Positions 18,601-24,871 of a stretch of 63,081 nt of DNA are shown here, in pieces (positions within the stretch are counted from its first letter, which is position 1; the number at the start of each line of letters is the position of its first letter). The notes beneath the pieces are model-generated. The model ran no database searches and had not been told where the DNA came from. It saw nothing but the letters and a program-made list of their open reading frames with translations. The position numbers and the translations under genes were made by a program. Location: positions 1-63,081 of the forward strand of contig DATEJX010000086.1 in the NCBI GenBank assembly GCA_035277785.1, read 5' to 3'. Source of the DNA: Candidatus Angelobacter sp. GTDB lineage: Bacteria; Acidobacteriota; Terriglobia; Terriglobales; Acidobacteriaceae.

Positions 18601-21540
18601 ACGAGTCTTGCGGTGGCTCCGGCCAGCGGCACGTACGGCGGAAGCACAACGCTCTCAGCTACCCTGAGCACCACGAGCGGCGCTCTCTCTGGAAAGACCG
18701 TGAGCTTCTCGCTTAATGGAACGCCCGTGGGTACCGCAGTAACGAATGCCTCCGGCGTAGCCAGCTTGAGCACTCCGCTCGGAACGATTGGCGCAGGCCT
18801 GCACACTGGTGCAGTCAGCGCCAGCTTCGCCGGCGATCCCGACAATAAGGCGTCGAGCGGCAGCGCGGATCTCACCGTCAATCCTGCTCCGTTGACCGTA
18901 ACCGCGGCCAATGCCAGCAGAGCGTATGGCGATCCGAACCCGGCGTTCACTGGAACCATTACCGGTATCCAAAACGGCGACAACATTACCGCAACCTACA
19001 GCACCACTGCCGTGGCCACGAGCCCGGTGGGAACATATACCATCGTGCCCGCGCTGTCTGACAACGGCACCGGCGCCCTGGCGAACTATACAGTCACGTC
19101 CACTAACGGAACGCTGACCGTGAATCCGGCTCAGCTGACGGTAACCGCAGCCAACGCCACCATGGTGTTTGGTGATCCGGTACCGGCCCTGAGCGGAACG
19201 ATCACCGGAATCAAGAACGGTGAGAACATCACAGCCAGCTACAGCACCGCCGCTACCTCAACCAGCAACGTGGGAACCTACCCAATCGTGCCTGCAGTCT
19301 CTGACAATGGCACGGGCGTTCTGGCCAACTACTCGGTATCGCTGGTGAATGGAACGCTCACCATTACTCCGGCTCCGTTGACGGTAACCGCCGCCAACGC
19401 CAGCATGATCTACGGTGATGCGGTTCCGGCTCTCAGCGGCACCATCAGTGGAATCAGGAACGGAAACAACATCACGGCCACCTACAGCACCACGGCCACG
19501 TCCGCCAGCCCTGTGGGAACGTACCCAATCGTGCCCACGCTGTCTGACAACGGCACGGGCGCGCTGGCAAACTACAGCGTCACCAGCAACAACGGAACGC
19601 TCACCATCAATCCGGCTCCGTTGACTGTCACAGCGGCCAGCGCCAGCATGATTTACGGCGATCCGCTGCCTGCATTCAGCGGCACGATCACCGGAATCAA
19701 GAATGCTGACAACATCACCGCGACTTACAGCACCGTGGCGACTTCTGCCAGCAACGTGGGCACGTACGCAATTGTTCCTGCCCCGTCTGACAACGGCACC
19801 GGCGCCCTGGCCAACTACACGGTCACGCTGGTGAATGGAACGCTCACCATTAATCCGGCTCCGCTGAGCGTAACTGCCGATAACGCCACTCGCGTCTATG
19901 GCGATCCAAACCCGGCCTTCACCGGAACCATTACCGGCTTGAAGAACGGAGACAACATTACCTTCAGCGCAACCAGTGCTGATCCAACCGCTGCAGTGGG
20001 CACCTACCCAATCGTGCCTGTGCTGGTTGATCCCAATGGGAAGCTGGTGAACTACACCGTAACCGCCACTAACGGAACTCTCACCGTGACTCCAGCTCCG
20101 CTGACCGTAACCGCGGCCAATGCGAGCATGGTCTTTGGTGATCCAGTTCCAACTCTCACGGGCACGGTGAGCGGAATCAAGAATGGCGATAACATCACCG
20201 GGGTCTACACCACCACGGCGACCTCAGCCAGCCCGGTGGGAACGTATCCCATCACGGCCTCGGCTTCTGACAATGGCACCGGCAAGCTGACCAACTACAC
20301 CGTCACGCTGGTCAATGCCACCCTCACCATCAACCCAGCCCCGTTGACCGTAACGGCGGCGAACGCCAGCATGGTTTTCGGTGATCCGGTTCCGTCCTTG
20401 TCCGGCACCATCACTGGAATCAAGAACGGAAACAACATCACCGCCACCTACAGCACCACGGCCTCGTCAACCAGCCCGGTGGGAACTTATCCCATCGTGC
20501 CGGCAGTATCTGACAATGGGACCGGCGCTCTGGCGAATTACACCCTGGTGGTCAACAACGGAACTCTCACCATCAATCCGGCGCCTCTGACTGTGGCCGG
20601 CACCAATGCAACCATGGTCTTCGGTGATCCCGTTCCTGCCGTGACTGGAACGACTACCGGATTGAAAAATGGCAACACCATCAGCGTCACGTTCTCAACC
20701 GCAGCAACTTCGACCAGCCCGGTTGGAAACTACGCAATTGTTCCCAGCGTTACCGATCCGAACAATGTGTTGAGCAACTACACGCTGACCGTCGTCAATG
20801 GCGTTCTTCAGATTTCACCCGCGCCTCTGACAGTCGCTGGCACTAACGCCGCCATGATCTACGGCGATCCGGTTCCTGCTGTTACCGGAACGATTACCGG
20901 ACTTAAGAATGGCGACACCATCGGCGCCACCTTCTCAACGCCGGCAACGTCGGCCAGTCCGGTTGGAAACTACGCAGTTATTCCTACCGTGACTGATCCG
21001 AACAACGTCCTGGGCAATTACACGCTGACCGTGGTCAACGGCGTTCTTCAGATTTCACCCGCGCCTCTGACTGTGACCGCCGCTAGCGTCAGCCGCCTCT
21101 ACGGCGATCCGAATCCGGTATTCACCGGCACGATCACCGGCATCAAGAATAACGACAACATCACGGCCACTTACTCCAGCGCAACGGACGCGACCACGAC
21201 CGTAGGCACCTATCCAATCGTGCCTTCGCTTTCGGATAACGGAACTGGAGCTCTCGCGAACTACACAGTGACCAGCAACAATGGCACGCTCACCATCATC
21301 CCGGCGCCGCTGACCATCCAGGCCAATGACGCTACGGCTCCGGTGGGCGGACCGTTCCCCACTTTCACCGGCACCATCGCCGGACTTAAGAATGGTGACG
21401 TGATCACCGCGTCCTACAGCACTACGGCGGATAACACGAGCCCGGCTGGACAGTACCCGATCATCCCCAGCGCGGACCCGAATCCGCTGCTGGTGAACTA
21501 CGACGTGACACTCATCAATGGAACTCTGACCCTGCAGTAA
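9610..21540 (+). CDS. Giant secreted multi-repeat protein (~3,976 aa): three lactonase-like 7-bladed-propeller-type modules, DUF11-like and Ig-like domains, and 24 MBG-type (YGD.NP) repeats
   Basis: Uninterrupted ORF 9565-21540. ATG 9610 is preceded by GGAGG at 7-nt spacing. ATG 9679 is an alternative that gives MKAWVLAALLLAFAFVLPSMAQAQ directly. Propeller-like modules start near nt 9750, 14010 and 17185. DUF11-like segments read (..V.[FY]T[IV]T[LV]TNNG...A....D.LP..). The ~80-aa repeats LTVTA.NA.R.YGDPNP.F.GTI.GIKN.D.ITA.YS..A...SPVGTYPI.P.LSDNG.G.L.NY.V...NGTLTI.PA occur in blocks of 7, 6 and 11. A strong terminator follows the stop. Confidence 0.9.
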   Translation: MRAATNKINCSPLLRETGTKQQVMKAWVLAALLLAFAFVLPSMAQAQGGFVYVNNQSSSNSVSAYKASAAGTLTQITGSPFLTGGVGSSESCYGLSRLAVSSINNLLFVANTGDKSITPFQINTTTGALTKTTGAPFASGLTADTCQGFSIAVTPDGQFLMAASNGQIRTFTVAANGALTFLSSTPNCCSPITGLSISPDGRFLAVSNGTSISMFTISSGVLTPVAGSPFAKLGSGSLSAMDFSCIADSNGNLRLYSGEATTTPTAEGWLVDPNGVLTPTTASPYHSSGTNSNNVLLSPDNTLLFQSNQSSTSINSFVLNPDGSITNSGKFGATGQIHTPVGMSIDQSGTFLYVADDLFGVATFRIGDGGMLAWLQDLGITRPGQIRDVAAFPPRSCATADVVLGVDAPTTAGAGVPIQYTVTVTNNGPATASAVVSDILPAELTSGGSTLIANPSGASRVNTDGTPNVSGTVTITTTVPHQLFPGEKVTVGSVPAPTTPNPIQQGFFLTDPSFNGVVTVDTVPSPTTFTYTQSIPRNQFPAPTLQIVASNGAQRIANTVTITATQVFQLAPGTPITISGVADGSFNGSYTVLSQPTANTFTYQQTGTLPDALSGGGIVTAPINVPATDTAGGGSMSSPACQITLGTGACGTATFSPRPPIVTAIRSGNVVTITTTVPHLMTVGKKVTIQSVANTSFNGTFTITSVPSPTSFTYAQTAANASSSGGLVVAPGLVAQLVTLPNLTQNESRKVLITGTTASSIADGTVVSNRVTISNLSVIDNPAGDTTVSKDVTIGSSGTSVIAVPTATGPYGGTAVVTATLLDGNGVPIVGATVGFNFNQNNSQYNAVTDGSGVATASVPLGFTTVGTHANAFTATFGGDATHTGSSATADLIVTKAVLTVTADNQTRLYGDPNPPLTYTITGFVNSDTIAVVSGTADCSTTATVTSPVGTYPITCTLGTLSATNYDFKFVDGTLTVNPAPLTVNVDNATRAYGDPNPTFTGTIVGIKNGDNITATYSTTATITSFVGTYPITATLSDNGTGALANYTVTINNGTLTITPAALVVTANNAARLYGDPNPPFSGTIAGIKNNDPITATYTSPATETSPVGTYPIIPTLSDNGSGTLVNYTVTANNGSLTVSPAPLTVTAADATRPYGQPNPVFTGTIVGIKNNDPITATYSTTATQTSPAGTYPIVPTVSDGGTGLLSNYSVTLINGTLTITQAVLTVNVANASMIYGDPLPVFTGTITGIVNNDPITATYSTTATSASPVGTYPITATLSDNGTGALANYSVIINNGVLTINPAPLTVNVDSTSRLYGDPNPVFTGSILGIKNADPITAIFSTTADPTSPVGTYPINATLSDGGTGKLTNYTVTINPGTLTINPAPLTVTADNASKLFGTVNPPLNGVIIGIKNADPITATFSTTATATSPVGTYTITPALNDPSGKLGNYTVTSNNGTLTVNPAPTANFLFVNNQAAAGNSINGYSVAVDGTLTGLASSPTLTGGLGANVACSSVNRLALSAGNNLLFVSNGGDQTISAFSIDPTSGALTPAAGSPFASGLTLDACNGISLAATPDGQFLMASSNGQIKTFSIGAGGVLTAVSTASNPAAPNSSMKISANGQFLAVSNGTSVSVYTISGDGSLSPVAGSPFAETGTATLAGLDFSSTSGLLYGAEASTTGAFADAWTVGVNGALSAVTGSPFSDTNLNSNVVLLSPADGFLFASNSGSANVSSYTVGAGGVLTNVVSAGSLHSPVGLATDRSGTLLFVADDAFGVGVFNIGGTGSLTQLNDTAISGAGQVQDLVAYPPRMASNADLSVAISASSANVVAGQNVSFTITLTNNGVDPAAATVTDALPSGFSVVSCSATGNGACIGNTGAATFYLLQSGESQTVTLVTSTSLSIPDGTIANNSVSVTNASAVDANAANNSASVSVTVAQPITTVLTVAATSGTYGGNTSLSATLTDAGNNPIAGKTISFSLNGTAVGSAVTDTFGAASVPASLVGINAGSYPLGVTASFAGDPNNKPSSGSATLTVNPALLTVTAGNASRVYGDANPVFAFSITGFVNGETSAVLTGSPVCTTAADPTSPVGSYPITCTQGTLSAQNYTFTFVAGALTITPAPLTATADSFTRLYGDPNPTLTGTITGIKNGDNITAVYTTAATQTSPVGTYPITVGLVDPTNKLGNYTVTLNNGVLTIAPAPLTVTAANATRGFGQPNPVFTGTIVGIKNGDNITATYSTTATANSPAGTYPIIPTLSDNGTGALANYSVTVVNGTLTITQATLTVTADNASRLYGDPNPVFTGTITGIQNGDNITATYSSVADPTSPVGTYAIVPTLSDNGTGALANYTIVVNNGVLTVNPAPLTVTVDSFSRLYGDPNPVFTGSILGIKNGDAISATFATTADATSPVGTYPIVATLVDPTNKLGNYTVTINNGTLTINPAPLTVSANNASRLFGTPNPPLSGTLTGVKNGDPITASFSTTATATSPVGTYPITPALADPAGKLGNYTVTSNNGTLTVNAAPTANFVFVNNQAASGNSINGYSVAVDGSLTALASSPTLTGGLGANAACSSVNRLALSVGNNLLFVSNGGDQTISAFTIDPASGALTPAAGSPFASGLTLDACSGISLAATPDGNYLMASSNGQIKTFSIGAGGILSAVSTAANSVAPNASMKISANGQFLAVSNGTSVSVYTINADGSLTAVAGSPFAETGTATLAGLDFSSTSGLLYGAEASATSSLADGWTVGANGVLSAVAGSPFSIGAINSNVVLLSPNDGLLFASNQGSANVSLFGVSAGSLSSLGSFGALHAPVGMASDRSGSLLYVADDTFGVGVFRIGAGSLSQLSDSAIGGAGQVQDLVAYPPRMASNADLSVAISASSPSVVAGQNVTYTITLTNNGADPAAATISNVLPAGFTQTSCSATGNGACIGNSGAASFYLLQSGESQTVTLVASISLSVADGTVATDSVSITNASAVDPNAANNSASTNVTVGQPATTSLAVAPASGTYGGSTTLSATLSTTSGALSGKTVSFSLNGTPVGTAVTNASGVASLSTPLGTIGAGLHTGAVSASFAGDPDNKASSGSADLTVNPAPLTVTAANASRAYGDPNPAFTGTITGIQNGDNITATYSTTAVATSPVGTYTIVPALSDNGTGALANYTVTSTNGTLTVNPAQLTVTAANATMVFGDPVPALSGTITGIKNGENITASYSTAATSTSNVGTYPIVPAVSDNGTGVLANYSVSLVNGTLTITPAPLTVTAANASMIYGDAVPALSGTISGIRNGNNITATYSTTATSASPVGTYPIVPTLSDNGTGALANYSVTSNNGTLTINPAPLTVTAASASMIYGDPLPAFSGTITGIKNADNITATYSTVATSASNVGTYAIVPAPSDNGTGALANYTVTLVNGTLTINPAPLSVTADNATRVYGDPNPAFTGTITGLKNGDNITFSATSADPTAAVGTYPIVPVLVDPNGKLVNYTVTATNGTLTVTPAPLTVTAANASMVFGDPVPTLTGTVSGIKNGDNITGVYTTTATSASPVGTYPITASASDNGTGKLTNYTVTLVNATLTINPAPLTVTAANASMVFGDPVPSLSGTITGIKNGNNITATYSTTASSTSPVGTYPIVPAVSDNGTGALANYTLVVNNGTLTINPAPLTVAGTNATMVFGDPVPAVTGTTTGLKNGNTISVTFSTAATSTSPVGNYAIVPSVTDPNNVLSNYTLTVVNGVLQISPAPLTVAGTNAAMIYGDPVPAVTGTITGLKNGDTIGATFSTPATSASPVGNYAVIPTVTDPNNVLGNYTLTVVNGVLQISPAPLTVTAASVSRLYGDPNPVFTGTITGIKNNDNITATYSSATDATTTVGTYPIVPSLSDNGTGALANYTVTSNNGTLTIIPAPLTIQANDATAPVGGPFPTFTGTIAGLKNGDVITASYSTTADNTSPAGQYPIIPSADPNPLLVNYDVTLINGTLTLQ
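12295..14000 (+). repeat. MBG-type repeat block 1 (7 in-frame units, ~240 nt each)
   Basis: Seven consecutive units, each carrying [RSK].[YF]G.[PV]NP and SPVGTYPI motifs. Confidence 0.85.
13998..20345 (+). repeat. Intragenic tandem duplication: two ~3.17-kb units, each propeller + DUF11-like + Ig-like + MBG block, at high nucleotide identity
   Basis: GCGAACTTC at 14011 matches GCCAACTTC at 17185, an offset of 3174 nt. The 50-mer starting TATCCGCCGCGCATGGCCAGCAA at 15028 recurs at 18196 with 2 mismatches, an offset of 3168 nt. The translated units are near-identical over hundreds of residues. The end coordinate is approximate. Confidence 0.85.
15715..17170 (+). repeat. MBG-type repeat block 2 (6 in-frame units)
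   Basis: Six consecutive units with the same consensus as block 1. Confidence 0.85.
18880..21537 (+). repeat. MBG-type repeat block 3 (11 in-frame units, running to the C-terminus)
   Basis: Eleven consecutive units. The protein ends inside the last unit (..LINGTLTLQ). Confidence 0.85.
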
Positions 21541-21567
21541 GCGGGTTGCAGCAAGTCACCGTTTCCT

Positions 21568-21598
21568 GGCCGGCGGACACGTTCCGCCGGCCTTTTTG
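21568..21598 (+). terminator. Rho-independent terminator after the giant gene
   Basis: GGCCGGCGGA (21568-21577) pairs with TCCGCCGGCC (21583-21592), followed by TTTTTG. Confidence 0.8.
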
Positions 21599-21967
21599 CA
21601 GTTCGCCAGGATCCAAAGTAAGCGCGGTCTTTATGGTTTCTTTATGAACCCCTTACGCCATCCTTATCTCTGCCGGCCTAGCGTGGATAAAGACGGGCAT
21701 TCATATGTTCCTGATTTATCTTGCGCGCGTGCTGGAATGGATCTTCTTTATTGGCCTGGCGGGATCGCTCCTGGTGTCCGTGCTGGCCTTTGTGGGAGAC
21801 CTGCATGTGTTCTTCGAGGATGACAAAGAAGAAGACACGTTGCGCAGCCATCACATCTACGCCCCCTCGTCTGGCGACGACTAGCCGCCTCCGCCGCAGC
21901 TTCTTTTTTGGGAGCGCCGCTGCGTTGTGTTTAAAGCGCAGATCTTTCCTGCTCCATTTGAGGGTTG

Positions 21968-22867
21968 CTAATAAATCGGCGGTTCGCCGGGCGGGCGGGT
22001 CTTCCAGCGGCGATGGACCCACAGCCACTGATCGGGATATTTGGTGGCGTAGCGCTCGATGACTTTGGTGAACTGGGCGGTGTTGGCAATCGCGTCCGCC
22101 TCGTCGTCGCCGGTGCGGACCAGCTTGATGGCAGGCTCAAAGCACATCTTGTATTTGCCCAGCGCCTTGTCCCACACGCAAAACGCCGGAACAACGGCTG
22201 CGTCAGTATGCAGAGCGACCCGCGCGATGCCGGTGGCTGTGCAGGCGGGCACTCCGAAGAAGTCGACAAATGCGCCCTGCGGCGGGGTCATGTTGGTATC
22301 CATGAGGATGCCGATGATCTCGCCTTTGCGGAGTGCCTTGAGCAGGCCGCGAGCGTAATCCTGCTTGGAAAAAGAACGGTTGCCGTGCAGAGTGCGGTAG
22401 CCATCCACCAGGCCGTTGAGCAGCGGGTTGTCGAGCGGACGCACAACGATGTTCATGGGATAGCCGTGAAGAGAATGGATAAACGAGCTGATCTCCCATC
22501 CGCCGAAGTGCGCGGTGAGAAAGACCACTCCCTTGCCGCGGGCGTGAGCGTCAGCAAAATGCTGGAAGCCCTCATAGATCACGGTGCGTGAGACGTTCTC
22601 TTTTGTATAACGCGGGAAGAGGGTGAACTCAGCCAGCAAACGGCCCAGGCTGATGAACTCGCCACGCAGAATCCGCGTCTTCTCCTTGCGGCTCTTGGCG
22701 GGAAAAGCCATATCCAGGTTGCGCATGCCCACCCGGCGGAGCCGCCGGTGCAGCGAGTAGATCAGCAGCGCAATAGCGATGCACAATGCCCTGACCAGTG
22801 GGCGAGGCAGCCGTCGCATGATGTTAGCCAGCAGCCAGACAGGGATGTACTCAAGGCGATCGCGCAT
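21968..22867 (-). CDS. Lipid A biosynthesis (Kdo2-lipid IVA) acyltransferase, LpxL/HtrB family (299 aa)
   Basis: N-terminal membrane anchor. H-x4-E/D acyltransferase motif in LTAHFGGWE. Length and overall pattern are typical of lysophospholipid/lipid A late acyltransferases. Confidence 0.8.
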   Translation of the reverse strand: MRDRLEYIPVWLLANIMRRLPRPLVRALCIAIALLIYSLHRRLRRVGMRNLDMAFPAKSRKEKTRILRGEFISLGRLLAEFTLFPRYTKENVSRTVIYEGFQHFADAHARGKGVVFLTAHFGGWEISSFIHSLHGYPMNIVVRPLDNPLLNGLVDGYRTLHGNRSFSKQDYARGLLKALRKGEIIGILMDTNMTPPQGAFVDFFGVPACTATGIARVALHTDAAVVPAFCVWDKALGKYKMCFEPAIKLVRTGDDEADAIANTAQFTKVIERYATKYPDQWLWVHRRWKTRPPGEPPIY

Positions 22868-23053
22868 TCTTTGAGAGATCTTGGGAGAACCTTGGACGGT
22901 ACCATTGGAGGCAAATTATTTCAAATCGCCGTAACCGCGTGAGGCGGCGCTCCTCCATTTTCCTTGGACAACAGCTGCAAGGGCGCTGAAATCTCATTTT
23001 TTGGGGAATATTCGGTCTGTACAATAGTTCGGCATAGTTACAGGAGAAGAACA

Positions 23054-23611
23054 ATGAAGATTTGGCTGACTGCGGGTGCTCTCATCGGCGCACTGCTTTT
23101 TGCCGGCTGCAAGGTAAGCAAGCCGGGAAACCTGGAAAACAAGGTGATGACCGGGATCAAGCATGACGTGACCATCGGCGGGAAAAATGACAAAAATCCG
23201 CTGCAGGATAATGCGGACAACGCCAAGGACGGCGGCGAACATTTCCAGCATCATTGCCAGATCTGCCACGGGCTCGATGGGCAAAATACGGGCGTTCCGT
23301 TCGCGCAGAAGATGTCGCCACCGGTGGCTGACCTCTCCTCAAAAGACGTCCAGGAATATACTGACGGCCAGTTGAAGTGGATTATCCAGAACGGCATTGG
23401 CCCCTCCGGCATGCCGGGCTGGAAGGACATTTTGACTGATGAAGAGATGTGGAAGATGGTGCTGTACCTCCGCCATCTGCCCGCCAAAGGCAGCCTGGGC
23501 GCGCCGGATATCTTCAAGGAAGAAGCCGAACAGCACGAAGAAATGGAACATCAACACGGCGGCGCCGAACAGAAAGGCGCGCAGCCGCACGACCACACCC
23601 ACAAGCACTGA
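23054..23611 (+). CDS. Lipoprotein c-type cytochrome (class I, mono-haem) with a His-rich C-terminal tail (185 aa)
   Basis: ATG 23054 lies 7 nt after AGGAG. Signal plus lipobox LFAG-C. Single CxxCH haem motif (CQICH). A Met-ligand-like GPSGMPGW. Tail EEMEHQHGG..QPHDHTHKH. Confidence 0.85.
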   Translation: MKIWLTAGALIGALLFAGCKVSKPGNLENKVMTGIKHDVTIGGKNDKNPLQDNADNAKDGGEHFQHHCQICHGLDGQNTGVPFAQKMSPPVADLSSKDVQEYTDGQLKWIIQNGIGPSGMPGWKDILTDEEMWKMVLYLRHLPAKGSLGAPDIFKEEAEQHEEMEHQHGGAEQKGAQPHDHTHKH

Positions 23612-23635
23612 GCGAGAACCCAATCGTTAATTAAA

Positions 23636-23661
23636 CAGGGGCGCGAGACTCTCGTGCCCCT
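23636..23661. terminator. Hairpin between convergent genes; probably a bidirectional terminator
   Basis: AGGGGCGCGAG pairs with CTCGTGCCCCT, with one G-U pair. It sits between the stops at 23611 (+) and 23692 (-). An A/T-rich flank lies on the left side. Confidence 0.5.
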
Positions 23662-23691
23662 TGCCGTGAGCTGAAGATGATTTCGCTGACG

Positions 23692-24516
23692 CTATCGCGC
23701 CTGCGGCGTTGGACTAGGATTGGCTGCAGCCGGAGTTGCCGGGGGAGTCATTGCCGGGGCCGGAGTCGGAGCTGGGCTCGCAGGAGCCGGACTCGTAGGC
23801 GGCGGATTTACGGGAACGTTCTGCTGCGGCGTTGGCGAAGGCGCGTTGGACGCTGTTGCAACAGCTTTCTGAACGGCAGCTACAAACGGCTCGCCGCCGC
23901 GAGGCGTGGGCACAGCGCCGGTGAGAATGGTCTTGAAGGGGACGAGACGTCCGTAAAGTTCGCCGGTGGAACTATTGTCCTGGCGAATTGCGTTGCCGTT
24001 CAGCGTGACGCCGGCAAATAGTCCGCGAGCGCGCGAGTAGGTCAGGATTTCAGCTCGCATCTTCCAGTCGGTGGAGCCCTCCACATGGCGGCCGATCGGG
24101 CCGGCAGCTGCAGAGGCGTCAAGACCGATTTTGAACTGGCTGGAGAGCAACGCTTGCATGCCCCGATCATTCATGATCATCATGATCAGGTCCACGGCCT
24201 GTCCGCCAATCTGCAGCCCAAAGCTTCCACCGGTAACGGTGAACGGAGCGGGTGCGCTCCAGCCGTTAGCGGTATGGCAGGTGGCCATGCCTTTGCCGTG
24301 GTCTCCGCCAACAATAAAGCCGCCTTTGAGCAATGACGGCACAATCGCAATGCATTTCGCCGAATCAAGGATCTCCACTGGAATTCCCTTGTCCGGCGCG
24401 GACATGATTTCATCCAGAACCGTAGCTGCGGATTGCACGCGCTGCGCTGCCGTCTCAGCGACGGCCATACTGCTGGCTGCAAGGGCCAACAGCACCATAC
24501 AGAACACTTTTTTCAT
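23692..24516 (-). CDS. Secreted SYLF (DUF500 / Ysc84-like) lipid-binding domain protein with a Pro-rich C-terminal tail (274 aa)
   Basis: Signal peptide MKKVFCMVLLALAASSMAVA. Core ..GIPVEILDSAKCIAIVPSLLKGGFIVGGDHGKG..SFGLQIGG..D.IM.. is typical of the SYLF family. Tail is PAPASPAPTPAP-rich. Confidence 0.8.
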   Translation of the reverse strand: MKKVFCMVLLALAASSMAVAETAAQRVQSAATVLDEIMSAPDKGIPVEILDSAKCIAIVPSLLKGGFIVGGDHGKGMATCHTANGWSAPAPFTVTGGSFGLQIGGQAVDLIMMIMNDRGMQALLSSQFKIGLDASAAAGPIGRHVEGSTDWKMRAEILTYSRARGLFAGVTLNGNAIRQDNSSTGELYGRLVPFKTILTGAVPTPRGGEPFVAAVQKAVATASNAPSPTPQQNVPVNPPPTSPAPASPAPTPAPAMTPPATPAAANPSPTPQAR

Positions 24517-24871
24517 AGATTCCTCAAAAAAGATTTTTTAGAGCACTGAAGATTGTAGAGCACCGGTCAGCTCTGGTGAGAGATGCGGCACAAATTATAA
24601 AGGGTTGGATACGGCGACCCTCGTGACCGTTTCCAACCCCCGTCTCCCAGGTTCTGTGGTAGGTGAACAGAGTATCCACCTGCCCTCATTTTCCAGCAAG
24701 TAACCGGGGTGCTGCAGGGTCATGCCGTATAGGACATGTACTTAAAGACTTGGACCCAGCAGCCTTCCTGGGGACCGCGCTGACGGCAAGATCAGCACCC
24801 GCTGCGCAAAAACTGGGATACACGCGTTCTTTGAACGAATTATCATCCCCTTCTGGTCATGTAGAGGTGGA

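Noticed and set aside
13998-20345. The two near-identical 3.17-kb units could be a diversity-generating retroelement template/variable repeat pair.
   Set aside because: There is no reverse transcriptase or accessory gene in the window. The differences I inspected are mixed transitions (C/T and G/A) plus a 6-nt indel, not adenine-specific substitutions. Both units lie within one ORF.
12295-21537. A highly regular ~240-nt periodic repeat could be mistaken for a CRISPR-like or satellite array.
   Set aside because: The repeats are contiguous, in-frame and translate to a coherent ~80-aa domain consensus (MBG-type). There is no short-repeat/unique-spacer organisation and there are no cas genes.
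21965-22591. 208-aa + strand ORF opposite the LpxL-family gene.
   Set aside because: It lies entirely antisense to a gene with clear acyltransferase motifs. Its composition is not protein-like and it has no RBS.
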